This document shows, one piece after another, positions 1 through 8,646 of a DNA stretch of 41,044 nucleotides. A program made the position numbers and the translations under genes. The stretch is from positions 1 to 41,044 of IMG/VR virus record IMGVR_UViG_3300008262_000114. One strand, 5' to 3'. Every line of letters starts with the position of its first letter. The first letter of the stretch is position 1. Under the pieces are notes generated by a model. It was not told the DNA's origin. It did no database searches and was given only the letters and a program-made list of their open reading frames with translations. The stretch is from a virus (taxonomy: Duplodnaviria; Caudoviricetes).

Positions 1-3000
1 ATCCCTTTTGATCTTTTTCAAAATAGACTTAGCAATAGCGCGAGGGTCTTGCGAGTAAATTCTAGCAATATACGCATTGTAAAAACCAGCCTTTTTTCCT
101 ATTCTAGCAAGAATCTCATACACGTCCTCATATCTTTGTTGCAAGTCGGCCTTTTCATCGCCCTTGGCTTTAGCTATTCTATCACGTAGGTCAATTAGCG
201 CCTTTCCATAAACAACCGACTTCAACTCTAGTGGTATCGCGCTATACTCTTTCATAGCCTCGTCTAAAACCGCGTCAATGCCATTTTCAGCTATCAAACT
301 ATCTACAAGCGCCTCCATTTCATCAAAGGTGAATATTTCGGCCATATTTCGCTTGTCATTAGCGATTGCGTCCTTATCGGCTTGCGGCAAGTTGGAGTTC
401 TCCACGAACGCGCGGATCACATTACGAAGTTTAGGAGTAACGTTCTTACTATCTATCTTGCGAGTAGCCGTCTTGTCGTAAAGCGCATCAAACAAATCCC
501 TCATTTGAGGACTAAGCTCGATATATTCGGGGCTATTCAACGCTCCCTTGTACAAGTCTTTCAAGAACTTAGCAAAGGCATCAAATACCTCCATCATTTT
601 CTTTGAGAAACCCGCTTTCTCCCCTTCCATGAAATACTTTTCAGCACTACGGGCAAACAACTCTTGCAAGAACGTAGGATCAGTTGGATCATACTCTTTG
701 CCTTTTGTCCATGATTCACCAGCCTTCTTGGAACGATCAAAAAACTTCTCCCCTTGCTCACTAGCACCAAACTCTTTAATGGTTTTAAGATGATCCTTTG
801 CCTTTTGGTTTCCATTGGCGGCCATTTGTTCAAGAAGCCCCATGAAGTTATGCGCGGGTTCATGGATCAAAGTCGAAATATCAGCAGCCTCGGTATAAGC
901 AGTAATGCCTTGTTCGATTGAAGTAGCGCCTTTTACTCCTTGAAGATAAATATTATTTGTATCTTCGGAAAACGCACCCGAATTATCGGTGGCAGACTTA
1001 ATTTGGTTGTTAAACTCGTCAAAAACTTGAATGTGAGAAGTTGTTTTCCCAAGCCCCATATTCTTAAACCTGCCCGAAACATCAGTGAGTATAATTCCGT
1101 CAAAACCCAAGTTCTTAAAAAAATCAGCAATAACCTGAGAGGAAGCTAATTCACCTTCTTCGTTCTCATAAATTTCATATCCTCTTATCAGTTTTTCTAT
1201 TTGGTTAAGATCGACAGAATCCTCATAAGCTAGATCACCCAATATTTCACTTGCAATGTTGCCATCATACCCATTATCTTGAAGCGCCTTTGTTAAAGCG
1301 TCAATGTGAAGCGGGGTGTAGCCCGTATTTTCTATTGCCCTTTGTTTTATATCAAAACTATAATCTTCTTTGGCCTCATCTTCTGAAATTCCAAATTCTT
1401 CGGCTATTTCAGCCGCAGCATCATCCATGTCGCTATCGCTAATATTGCTTGTTTCAAACCATTGCGAATCACCACCAAGAACAACTGGATTGTTTAGTTT
1501 AACAAAAAGTTCAAGTGTTTTTTCAGCGCCTCCTTTTAACTCTTTCTCAGCAATATCTTGTGCTAGTGCGGAAAAACTACCTAGTGCAGTTAATTGATTA
1601 CTTGTATATCCATAGTCTTTTGTTATTTGAGCCTTGTTCTTATAGAAGTCGCCATACTTATCTTCCAAGTCTTGCTCTATCCGTTCTTTTCTCGATTCAA
1701 CCCTACTCGTAATATCAGCGCCCTCTGCTAGATAATTTTCATTAGCATCTTGTATGTCGGAAGTAAAATAATTTACTTTCCCTAGATGACCCTCAATATT
1801 TCCCTTAACGGAACTATCAAACACATCAAATTCATTAGTAGTGCCGTGAAAAACTCTTAACACGACCTTCTCTCCCGTTTTTACATCTTGAATAGAACTT
1901 CCCGCGTACATTTCGTTGCCGCCTATCCATCTTTCTAGCCCGTCATTGGGGGTTAAATCCTTAATCAACTTTTCAACAGCCTCAACTAATTGGGGATTAT
2001 CGCCAGTTTCCTTGGCTTGGTGGTACGCGGACGAAATAAGTTCTTCATCGCTTTTGAATATACGTGTTTGAGTTGACTTAGAAACATCACCCTCATCGTA
2101 AACAACTATTTCCTTACCATCAACAACGTGACCCGTAATGCCCCTTTCCTTAAGAGCATCAGAGGCCTTGTCTTGGGCTTCAATAAAATCAGAAAAATCC
2201 TTTTTATCTACTACAAAACTTTGCTGCAAATCATCAAGGAACTGACCATACGTTTTGTACTTAGACGGGTCTATTCCGTTGATTATACCAATTTGCTTCA
2301 CTACTTCTTTCGGGATCGCTTCTTTAGCAAAAAGCATATTGTCACCCGTGATTTCAACCTCGCTAACAAATGGTGTGTAGGTTGGCGTTTGTGGATTAAA
2401 AGCGTAGCCGCCATTAGCAGACTTCTCTGCTGCATCAGCGGCAAAAATAGGGTCTATGGTAAAGAATACGCCACCACCTTGATTCCGAACACCCGTTCCT
2501 CTATACGTTCTATCAAATTTATTAAAGGCAACTTTATGCCCCGTAAACAACCTTTTTATTAGCGGTTTGCCATTGCGGCGTAGAACCTCTCGCTTCCCAT
2601 TATCTTTTCCTTTTCCATCCCATTCTTCCCTTGTTGACTCAGAATTAACGACTCTATCAGATTCGGTGATCTTCGGTGCGCCATCTTTTCGTTGACTGGG
2701 AGATTGTACTTCTTGAACACCGCTATCTGTTCGGGTGTTAGATTGATCTTTTGCATTACTAATTAATTTTTTAAGTTCATCTATTTTTGATCCAAGATTT
2801 GCCTCTTGCAAAACTCGTGTCGTTTCTTGTATTTGAGCTATCTTATTTTCCGCATTATTGTTATCTTGATTCAACTTATTAACCAATTGCTCAATGTCAT
2901 TACTCATAGCACCTTGAACCGCACTCCAAGCATCTTCGCTTGTCATTTCGGGATCAATAGTCATTGCGTACTTCGCCATTGCATCGCCTACAACAGCCAA

Positions 3001-6000
3001 TCTCTCAATATCTTCATCGCTTATTTGTGGCAAGAGTTCACGTAAAGCCTTTTTGTAACCCTCTCTACTCTTTACTACAATGGTCTTTTTCTCTTTCTTT
3101 TTACCCGCGGAGAAGAACTCCTTATTGTCTTCCAAATACTTCAAGAACTTCTTACGCGCCTCACCACCGTCATTTAAGGTCGTGGTGAAAGCCTTAGCCG
3201 CCTTGACCGCTTCAACTAACCCAACCTTATCGTAAGTGTCGGTAAACGTGTTCAAAACCTCTACAAACGGATCATCTGATTCTTGGAAAGGAGCGTCCTC
3301 GCCACCTAGTGAAAATGGTTCTTCATCGGGGATCACATCATAAGCCCTTGTGTCCTTTGCATCCTCGCGTTGAGCAAAAATCCTTTTAGCGTAAGAATCT
3401 ATGTTCTCTATCGGAACTAACTTATCGCCACTTGCAATACGGGTTATCTCTTTTTCTATAAAATCATTGCGGCCTTCTACGTGTGCAGCTATTTTTTTAG
3501 CATCACCCGCGGCCTTTAAGGCTGCAAGTTTCTTGTCATACGCAGCCTCCGCTTCATCAACTATCTTTTCAGCCTCAAATGTTGCTCTTTGATTACCCTC
3601 ATCTTCCAAAAGAGTTTTATCTTGCTCCTTTTGAAGGCGAATAACCTCATTCTTTACCGCAGCACGAGAACCATAACCCAAGTAAGTAGCAAAGGCATTA
3701 GCTACCTCATCGGGAGTATATGTAGTTCCGTAAGTTTCATTCATCCTATCGGTAATATTGCTAATATCACCATCCATTGTTTCGGAAATCCAACCAGCTT
3801 TCTTTGCCTTTTTGTACTCGGTAGAGTCCTTGTCAAGCATGGTCAACTCACCAAACAAACGAGAAGGTACTTTTGCACCTTCCGCTAAAGCAACCGCAAC
3901 GGCCATATCCGCTGACTTATTACTATCATTCTTTGCTCTATTGTAAACCGCTTGGTTTTCGCTAGCCGCCTTCACAGTGCCTCTTGGCGCAACTCTTTTG
4001 CCATCTTTGGTAATCTTAACCTTACCGCCCAAATACCCAAAATCAAGCCCTAGCTTCTTAGCCTCTTTCTGAATAGCACCCATAAGTTTATTAGCGCCTT
4101 CTGACGCCCTAGACTTAACGCCTAGTCGGTTGTATCTAGCAACATCGGATAACAAGTCATTCACCCGCCCTTGAATACTGCCCTTTAGGCTTTTGGCCTT
4201 TGCTTCAAGTGCTTGGATATCTCCTCCAGCTTCCAAAACATCGCCTCCCCCATCGACATTATTAGGCTCTCCACGATCTCCCTCTTGCCCCCGATCACCG
4301 AGAACATCTTGTGGTGATAAATCTCCACCCATACCGTCTTGCCCCTCATCCTTACCGCCCCGTCCGCTATCTCCACCGAAAAGGATTCGTCCAATTTCCT
4401 CATCGGCCTCGAATACCCCTCTTTCAACCGCTCTATTACCTCCATCGGTTTCAGTTCTAGGAGCGTTCGCACCTCCACTTCCTTCATCCCCGACAACATC
4501 ATTTCCTTGTACTGCTGTATCTTCGGTAAGTGCTTTATCTCCTCCATTTTTTTCTTTTGTTTGTTCTTTGATTTGTGATTTGTCAAAAACAACAATTTCC
4601 GCTTTTGGGGTAGTTTCTCCACCTAATGTTCTATTAACAAATACTGCATCATACCCATTTTCTTTAAGGATGTCAGAAAACCTTTTATCTCCAATTTCTT
4701 TAGTTATTTTTTTATACCCAAAATCTACATCTCCATCTGTTGCTTTCCTAATAATATCTCTTTCGTAGTCCTGTATATATTTTAGACTTTTAAGTGCTTT
4801 TTTTGTTCCTTCATCAAATACTTCATCTTTAATATTTATTTCAAATGGGTTTTTTACATTGATATTAAATTTTTTAACTACCCTGTTTTTAAACTTTAGG
4901 GAATAGTACTTTCCAATACCCTCACTTGCCGAAAAGTAAAATCCTTTCCCAAAATCCCCATGACCTGTTGCTGAATTTTGCCTTGATTCATCAAAGTCTT
5001 TAAAATCCTCCCCTGTGCCATGATAAACGGTTAAAGGTTCACCTTTATCATCTACTGCTTTATTGCCACCTTTTGCAGTAAAATCCACATCTCCCCCTAC
5101 ACCACTACCTACTTTTGTTTGTTCTTTAGATAGTAGGGATTCTACTGCTTTTACTAATTCGGGATTACTACCGTCTTGCTTGGCTTTGTGGTAGGCTTCG
5201 GAGATTAATGTAGAATATTTATCGTTTGTAATAATATTGTTTATTGCCGTTTCGTGTTCTTTGGCTAATCTTATATTTATAGGGTCATTTGGGTCGTCTA
5301 CTCCATACTCTTGTTCTTGCCATCTTTTTAATGGAGTTGTTGCAATTTGTAAATCATTACGTTCTTGTTTCTCTTTATTTGTTAATTTACTTTCTTTTGG
5401 ATATTTTACTGATAAATCTTGCAATTCTTTGTCGGTAAAATCTTCACTATAAGATGGTGCATTTTTATCTTGAAAATCAATTTTGGATAATAATTCTTTT
5501 CTATCTTCTTTTGATAGTTTATCTGATTTACTTTTAGCCCTTAATTGAGATATATCAACCTCCATTTGATTGATACCACTTCCACGACTACCAAAAATAA
5601 CTGCTTTATTTTCTCCATTGTACCCTCTAAAACTAACTTCTACTTCTTTGCCGTCTTTGGTAGTTAAAATAACTTTATCATCGGGATAAAATCTTTCTAC
5701 TTTATTTTTATTAGCTATTTCCAACGCTTTAGCAGTACTCTCTACATCTTTTAACTCAATGGGTGTTTGCTCGCTAATTTTTTTCTCTACCACAACTTCT
5801 TCTTGTGTAGATTCATCCGCCTCTAAAATATCTTTTTTTGCATTATAAATGTATGTTTCCGAAACTCTTTCTCCTTTGGAGTTAGTGTAAGAAAACTCAT
5901 ATAAATCGGAAGCCGCACCCTTGTTGTTGTCTGAAATTAATTTAGTCCCCGAATAATTATAATCTTTTTCACCATCTACCAATTCAAAAGGAACTAATAC

Positions 6001-8631
6001 AACTTCCTTACTTCCATCCTTTCTTGTTTTGGTTTCGGTTATCTCATATCCCTCCCCGTTTTTATCAGTTATAGTATCTCCAACTATTGCGTTTTGCAAT
6101 AAATCATCAGCAATAGCATTAGCATTGCCTTCTTTTTTAGCTAATTCGCCAGCACTTCTAAAACTTTCTTGTCTTTTTGCTTGCGCCTCTACCACAACTT
6201 CTTCTTGTGGTGTTTCAACAACCTTAGTGACTTGTTCGGGTTCAGCCGCGACCTCTTGCGCTTGTTCAGCAGACGGCAATAAAGGCGTAATCAGTTTATC
6301 GTACTTATCATAAACCTCGTCAAAGGCTTTTATATCTTCTTCCTTAGTGAGTTTAGCCCTATCTACCTTGCCATCTACTCTGTATTGATCTGCGTTCTCT
6401 ATCTTAGAATCAAGTTCGGTTTGTTCTTCCGCCCTCAATCTTTCAACTTCTTGTTGTGAATCCTTTACCTCCGCATCGGAGAACTCTTGCTTACCACCCG
6501 CCAAGTCAACTTTGGTTTTTCTACCAACAATAGACTTAAACTCATCATCAAGTTTAGCAACATCCTCAGATACATCCGTACCTAAAACTTTAGCTGCACT
6601 TTCCAAATCCATCTTTTGACGGGCAACATCAAAAGCTAATACCTTATCTTCTCTACTTAACCCATTCCAAGAGGGTAATGTTTCAGCCGCCACACGTATT
6701 TCGTGTAGCTCTTTTTGACGTGCCAAATTATCCTTGCTCATTTGCGGCAAATTGGCCTCATTAACCTCCGCAACGTCATACATAGCCTCGGCAATCATTG
6801 AAGGCATTGGTTTTCCACCGCGAAAAGCAGTCATAGCTCCACTCACCATTAAGCCGCCTAAAACAGCATCGGTATAGTCTTTTGAATTAAATATCTCATT
6901 TGGATTGAATCCAAAAGCAGCCTTATTTATATCAGACACATATTGTTCTAGTGGTTCTTCTACAAAACCCTCTTTCGCCATATTGCCAGCGTACTCATTC
7001 ATTGTGTTTCTAGCCACACTCATAAGTTCCTTGCCTCTTACTCCTTGCTTAATGGCGTCACGAAGTTTAATCATGTTCATAGGAGGAGTTCCTTCGGGAA
7101 CAATTTGTTCAACCGCTGCGCTCAAAATAGAACTAAATGTGCCAAATAATGCAGCTTCCTGCTGATCCATCCCCTCACGTAAAGCATCCTCATAATTATT
7201 AGCCATCTGCATAAGCATCGTAGTTCCAAAAGAACCTGCCTTTGCAGCATTTGTCGTGTTTCTTAAAATTTGAGTTGTTTGGCCACCCCCAGCCATTAAC
7301 GCCATAGACCCTGTTGCCGACCCAAATAATCTAGACAATTGCACATATAAGGGTGTTTCTTCATTAACATCAAAGGGACTTCCCATTTCGCCTTTTATAG
7401 CCGATTTTCCGCCCGCAGCCTTGCTATATAATTCATCCGCCCAATCACTATCGGTATCTCCAAGCAAATCACCCAAAACTTTAGGTACTTGCGCCATAGA
7501 AACAACACCATCTAATACCGTTTCACCAAAAGATTCTAAGACGTTATAACCCGCCACTGCCGATTTTTGAAGCATCGTGGCGGGCGTAAGTGGTGCGTTC
7601 GTTATTTTCTGAATAGCGGCCTTTTTAATTTCACGGCCTCTTGCTTCATCCGATTCTTCAACGGATAATTGACTCAAAGTAGAGGACTTAAATGCGATTT
7701 GAGGGTTGGCATAATTTTCCGCTAAATTTGAATAGGTGTTAATTTTTTCAGCGTCCAATCCACGCTTAGTCATTTCAGATTTAACAATACCATTCAAAGC
7801 AGAATATTGAGCCTCCAACGAATTTCTACGTGCGGGATCAGTTTCGGTATTAAGTTGCTCTGAAATATTATTCATTTCGAGTATCTTATCTCCGTTTTGC
7901 TTGTAAAAGTCTTTGACACCAAAACGCTGGTCCATCACGAACATTTCTTTCTCAATCGCATTGTTCTTAAACGACTGAGCCTTCATAATCATATCGCGGT
8001 ACTTCTCTTGTTGACCACGGCTTAAATCACCACTTAAACGCTGCTTGGCTAACTCATCAAAATCTTGTTTTATTTGATTTGCCGCGTCTTGGTTGCCAGT
8101 ATTCCATAGATAATCGACTTGATCTTGAACAAGCGATTCATTGTATAACCTACGATCATTTTCTGCTTTTAGCTTAGACGGAATATCCTTGCTAGCCTCA
8201 CCATTTTCAATCTCTTTAACATTGAACTGGTCTGATCTTTTAGGGGAATTAGCGTGGTAGACTTCAAGTTCTTTCGCATACTTATTTTGATAAGCAGCGT
8301 TCAGTGCTTTTATGTCAATTTCGGGCTTTTTAGGCCGCATTGATTCGTACCAGTCACCACCAACTTGCTTCTCTTTTACGGGTTGCTTCTCAGCGGGTTT
8401 AGCCGCCTTTGCTTTAGCCGTTTCAACGCCCTTTAACAAGGGATTTGAAGAAACCCCATAATCCATCGAACCAACGCCCGTATAAGGCTTTGATTTGACG
8501 GGTTCTTTTTTTTTTTCACCCGCTGGTTTTTGCGAACCAAAATATTCATCCAACGCAGCCCCAATTTGCTCGTCGGTTGCGTTATCATCAAACGTAAATG
8601 TTTTGCCGTTTGCTTTTACTTTCTTTGCCAT
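1..8631 (-). CDS. Giant polyvalent (probably virion-injected) protein, at least 2877 aa, 3' end outside the window; 3 ART-like domains plus HExxH metallopeptidase
   Basis: ATG at 8631 (MAKKVKANGKTFTFDD); frame stays open to position 1. Motifs: VYHGT...GKGFYF...KNPF...NGYDAV...EIVVFDKSQIK (about 5040-4565); LFTGH...GGGVFF...EIVVYD (about 2555-2095); VFHGT...GKVNYF...LNNP...GFDGI...IQVFD...QIKSATDNSGAF (about 1860-965); LIHEPAH (850-870) followed by QELFAR. Lies at the end of the virion operon. Confidence 0.9.
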   Translation of the reverse strand, partial: MAKKVKANGKTFTFDDNATDEQIGAALDEYFGSQKPAGEKKKEPVKSKPYTGVGSMDYGVSSNPLLKGVETAKAKAAKPAEKQPVKEKQVGGDWYESMRPKKPEIDIKALNAAYQNKYAKELEVYHANSPKRSDQFNVKEIENGEASKDIPSKLKAENDRRLYNESLVQDQVDYLWNTGNQDAANQIKQDFDELAKQRLSGDLSRGQQEKYRDMIMKAQSFKNNAIEKEMFVMDQRFGVKDFYKQNGDKILEMNNISEQLNTETDPARRNSLEAQYSALNGIVKSEMTKRGLDAEKINTYSNLAENYANPQIAFKSSTLSQLSVEESDEARGREIKKAAIQKITNAPLTPATMLQKSAVAGYNVLESFGETVLDGVVSMAQVPKVLGDLLGDTDSDWADELYSKAAGGKSAIKGEMGSPFDVNEETPLYVQLSRLFGSATGSMALMAGGGQTTQILRNTTNAAKAGSFGTTMLMQMANNYEDALREGMDQQEAALFGTFSSILSAAVEQIVPEGTPPMNMIKLRDAIKQGVRGKELMSVARNTMNEYAGNMAKEGFVEEPLEQYVSDINKAAFGFNPNEIFNSKDYTDAVLGGLMVSGAMTAFRGGKPMPSMIAEAMYDVAEVNEANLPQMSKDNLARQKELHEIRVAAETLPSWNGLSREDKVLAFDVARQKMDLESAAKVLGTDVSEDVAKLDDEFKSIVGRKTKVDLAGGKQEFSDAEVKDSQQEVERLRAEEQTELDSKIENADQYRVDGKVDRAKLTKEEDIKAFDEVYDKYDKLITPLLPSAEQAQEVAAEPEQVTKVVETPQEEVVVEAQAKRQESFRSAGELAKKEGNANAIADDLLQNAIVGDTITDKNGEGYEITETKTRKDGSKEVVLVPFELVDGEKDYNYSGTKLISDNNKGAASDLYEFSYTNSKGERVSETYIYNAKKDILEADESTQEEVVVEKKISEQTPIELKDVESTAKALEIANKNKVERFYPDDKVILTTKDGKEVEVSFRGYNGENKAVIFGSRGSGINQMEVDISQLRAKSKSDKLSKEDRKELLSKIDFQDKNAPSYSEDFTDKELQDLSVKYPKESKLTNKEKQERNDLQIATTPLKRWQEQEYGVDDPNDPINIRLAKEHETAINNIITNDKYSTLISEAYHKAKQDGSNPELVKAVESLLSKEQTKVGSGVGGDVDFTAKGGNKAVDDKGEPLTVYHGTGEDFKDFDESRQNSATGHGDFGKGFYFSASEGIGKYYSLKFKNRVVKKFNINVKNPFEINIKDEVFDEGTKKALKSLKYIQDYERDIIRKATDGDVDFGYKKITKEIGDKRFSDILKENGYDAVFVNRTLGGETTPKAEIVVFDKSQIKEQTKEKNGGDKALTEDTAVQGNDVVGDEGSGGANAPRTETDGGNRAVERGVFEADEEIGRILFGGDSGRGGKDEGQDGMGGDLSPQDVLGDRGQEGDRGEPNNVDGGGDVLEAGGDIQALEAKAKSLKGSIQGRVNDLLSDVARYNRLGVKSRASEGANKLMGAIQKEAKKLGLDFGYLGGKVKITKDGKRVAPRGTVKAASENQAVYNRAKNDSNKSADMAVAVALAEGAKVPSRLFGELTMLDKDSTEYKKAKKAGWISETMDGDISNITDRMNETYGTTYTPDEVANAFATYLGYGSRAAVKNEVIRLQKEQDKTLLEDEGNQRATFEAEKIVDEAEAAYDKKLAALKAAGDAKKIAAHVEGRNDFIEKEITRIASGDKLVPIENIDSYAKRIFAQREDAKDTRAYDVIPDEEPFSLGGEDAPFQESDDPFVEVLNTFTDTYDKVGLVEAVKAAKAFTTTLNDGGEARKKFLKYLEDNKEFFSAGKKKEKKTIVVKSREGYKKALRELLPQISDEDIERLAVVGDAMAKYAMTIDPEMTSEDAWSAVQGAMSNDIEQLVNKLNQDNNNAENKIAQIQETTRVLQEANLGSKIDELKKLISNAKDQSNTRTDSGVQEVQSPSQRKDGAPKITESDRVVNSESTREEWDGKGKDNGKREVLRRNGKPLIKRLFTGHKVAFNKFDRTYRGTGVRNQGGGVFFTIDPIFAADAAEKSANGGYAFNPQTPTYTPFVSEVEITGDNMLFAKEAIPKEVVKQIGIINGIDPSKYKTYGQFLDDLQQSFVVDKKDFSDFIEAQDKASDALKERGITGHVVDGKEIVVYDEGDVSKSTQTRIFKSDEELISSAYHQAKETGDNPQLVEAVEKLIKDLTPNDGLERWIGGNEMYAGSSIQDVKTGEKVVLRVFHGTTNEFDVFDSSVKGNIEGHLGKVNYFTSDIQDANENYLAEGADITSRVESRKERIEQDLEDKYGDFYKNKAQITKDYGYTSNQLTALGSFSALAQDIAEKELKGGAEKTLELFVKLNNPVVLGGDSQWFETSNISDSDMDDAAAEIAEEFGISEDEAKEDYSFDIKQRAIENTGYTPLHIDALTKALQDNGYDGNIASEILGDLAYEDSVDLNQIEKLIRGYEIYENEEGELASSQVIADFFKNLGFDGIILTDVSGRFKNMGLGKTTSHIQVFDEFNNQIKSATDNSGAFSEDTNNIYLQGVKGATSIEQGITAYTEAADISTLIHEPAHNFMGLLEQMAANGNQKAKDHLKTIKEFGASEQGEKFFDRSKKAGESWTKGKEYDPTDPTFLQELFARSAEKYFMEGEKAGFSKKMMEVFDAFAKFLKDLYKGALNSPEYIELSPQMRDLFDALYDKTATRKIDSKNVTPKLRNVIRAFVENSNLPQADKDAIANDKRNMAEIFTFDEMEALVDSLIAENGIDAVLDEAMKEYSAIPLELKSVVYGKALIDLRDRIAKAKGDEKADLQQRYEDVYEILARIGKKAGFYNAYIARIYSQDPRAIAKSILKKIKRD
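2559..2756 (-). CDS. Candidate nested +1-frame gene (65 aa) inside the giant gene, just before ART-like domain 2
   Basis: ATG preceded by AAAAAATTAATTAGTA; the main frame over this stretch is a polar low-complexity linker; ends with tandem TAA TAA where the ART domain starts. Confidence 0.45.
   Translation of the reverse strand: MQKINLTPEQIAVFKKYNLPVNEKMAHRRSPNLIESLILSQQGKNGMEKEKIMGSERFYAAMANR
4185..4547 (-). CDS. Candidate nested +1-frame gene (120 aa, MEEIKHLPK...) inside the giant gene, just after ART-like domain 1
   Basis: ATG at 4547 preceded by AAACAAAAGAAAAAA; globular-looking sequence, while the main frame here is Gly/Asp/Glu/Arg-rich and low complexity. Confidence 0.6.
   Translation of the reverse strand: MEEIKHLPKIQQYKEMMLSGMKEVEVRTLLELKPMEVIERLKEGYSRPMRKLDESFSVEIADGAVRMRGKTVWVEIYHHKMFSVIGGKREIVESLIMSMGEAMFWKLEEISKHLKQRPKA
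4554..5127. repeat. 16-bp exact direct repeat CTTTTGTTTGTTCTTT (4554-4569 and 5112-5127) flanking ART-like domain 1
   Basis: Read directly; both copies encode KEQTK in the main frame. Confidence 0.85.
5785..6209. repeat. 23-bp exact direct repeat CTCTACCACAACTTCTTCTTGTG (5785-5807 and 6187-6209)
   Basis: Read directly; both copies encode QEEVVVE; spacing 402 bp keeps the frame. Confidence 0.9.
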
Positions 8632-8646
8632 GTATATTAAAATATT

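Noticed and set aside
594-1130. Two more +1-frame minus ORFs (594-863, 933-1130)
   Set aside because: They overlap motif-bearing parts of the main frame, lack an A-rich leader and look like random translations, unlike 4185-4547 and 2559-2756
4715-4745. DGDVDF as an RNA polymerase catalytic motif
   Set aside because: Lies within the ART-like domain and does not match the DxDxD context of polymerases
278-7165. Many plus-strand ORFs in the track (e.g. 4193-4768, 2128-2562)
   Set aside because: Antisense shadows of the giant minus-strand gene; Ser/Pro/Phe-rich, mostly non-ATG starts
1-8631. Apparent 8.6 kb without a long ORF, suggesting stop-codon reassignment as in some crAss-like phages
   Set aside because: The frame is open in the standard code and simply lacks a stop in the window; TAA, TAG and TGA all end genes normally elsewhere
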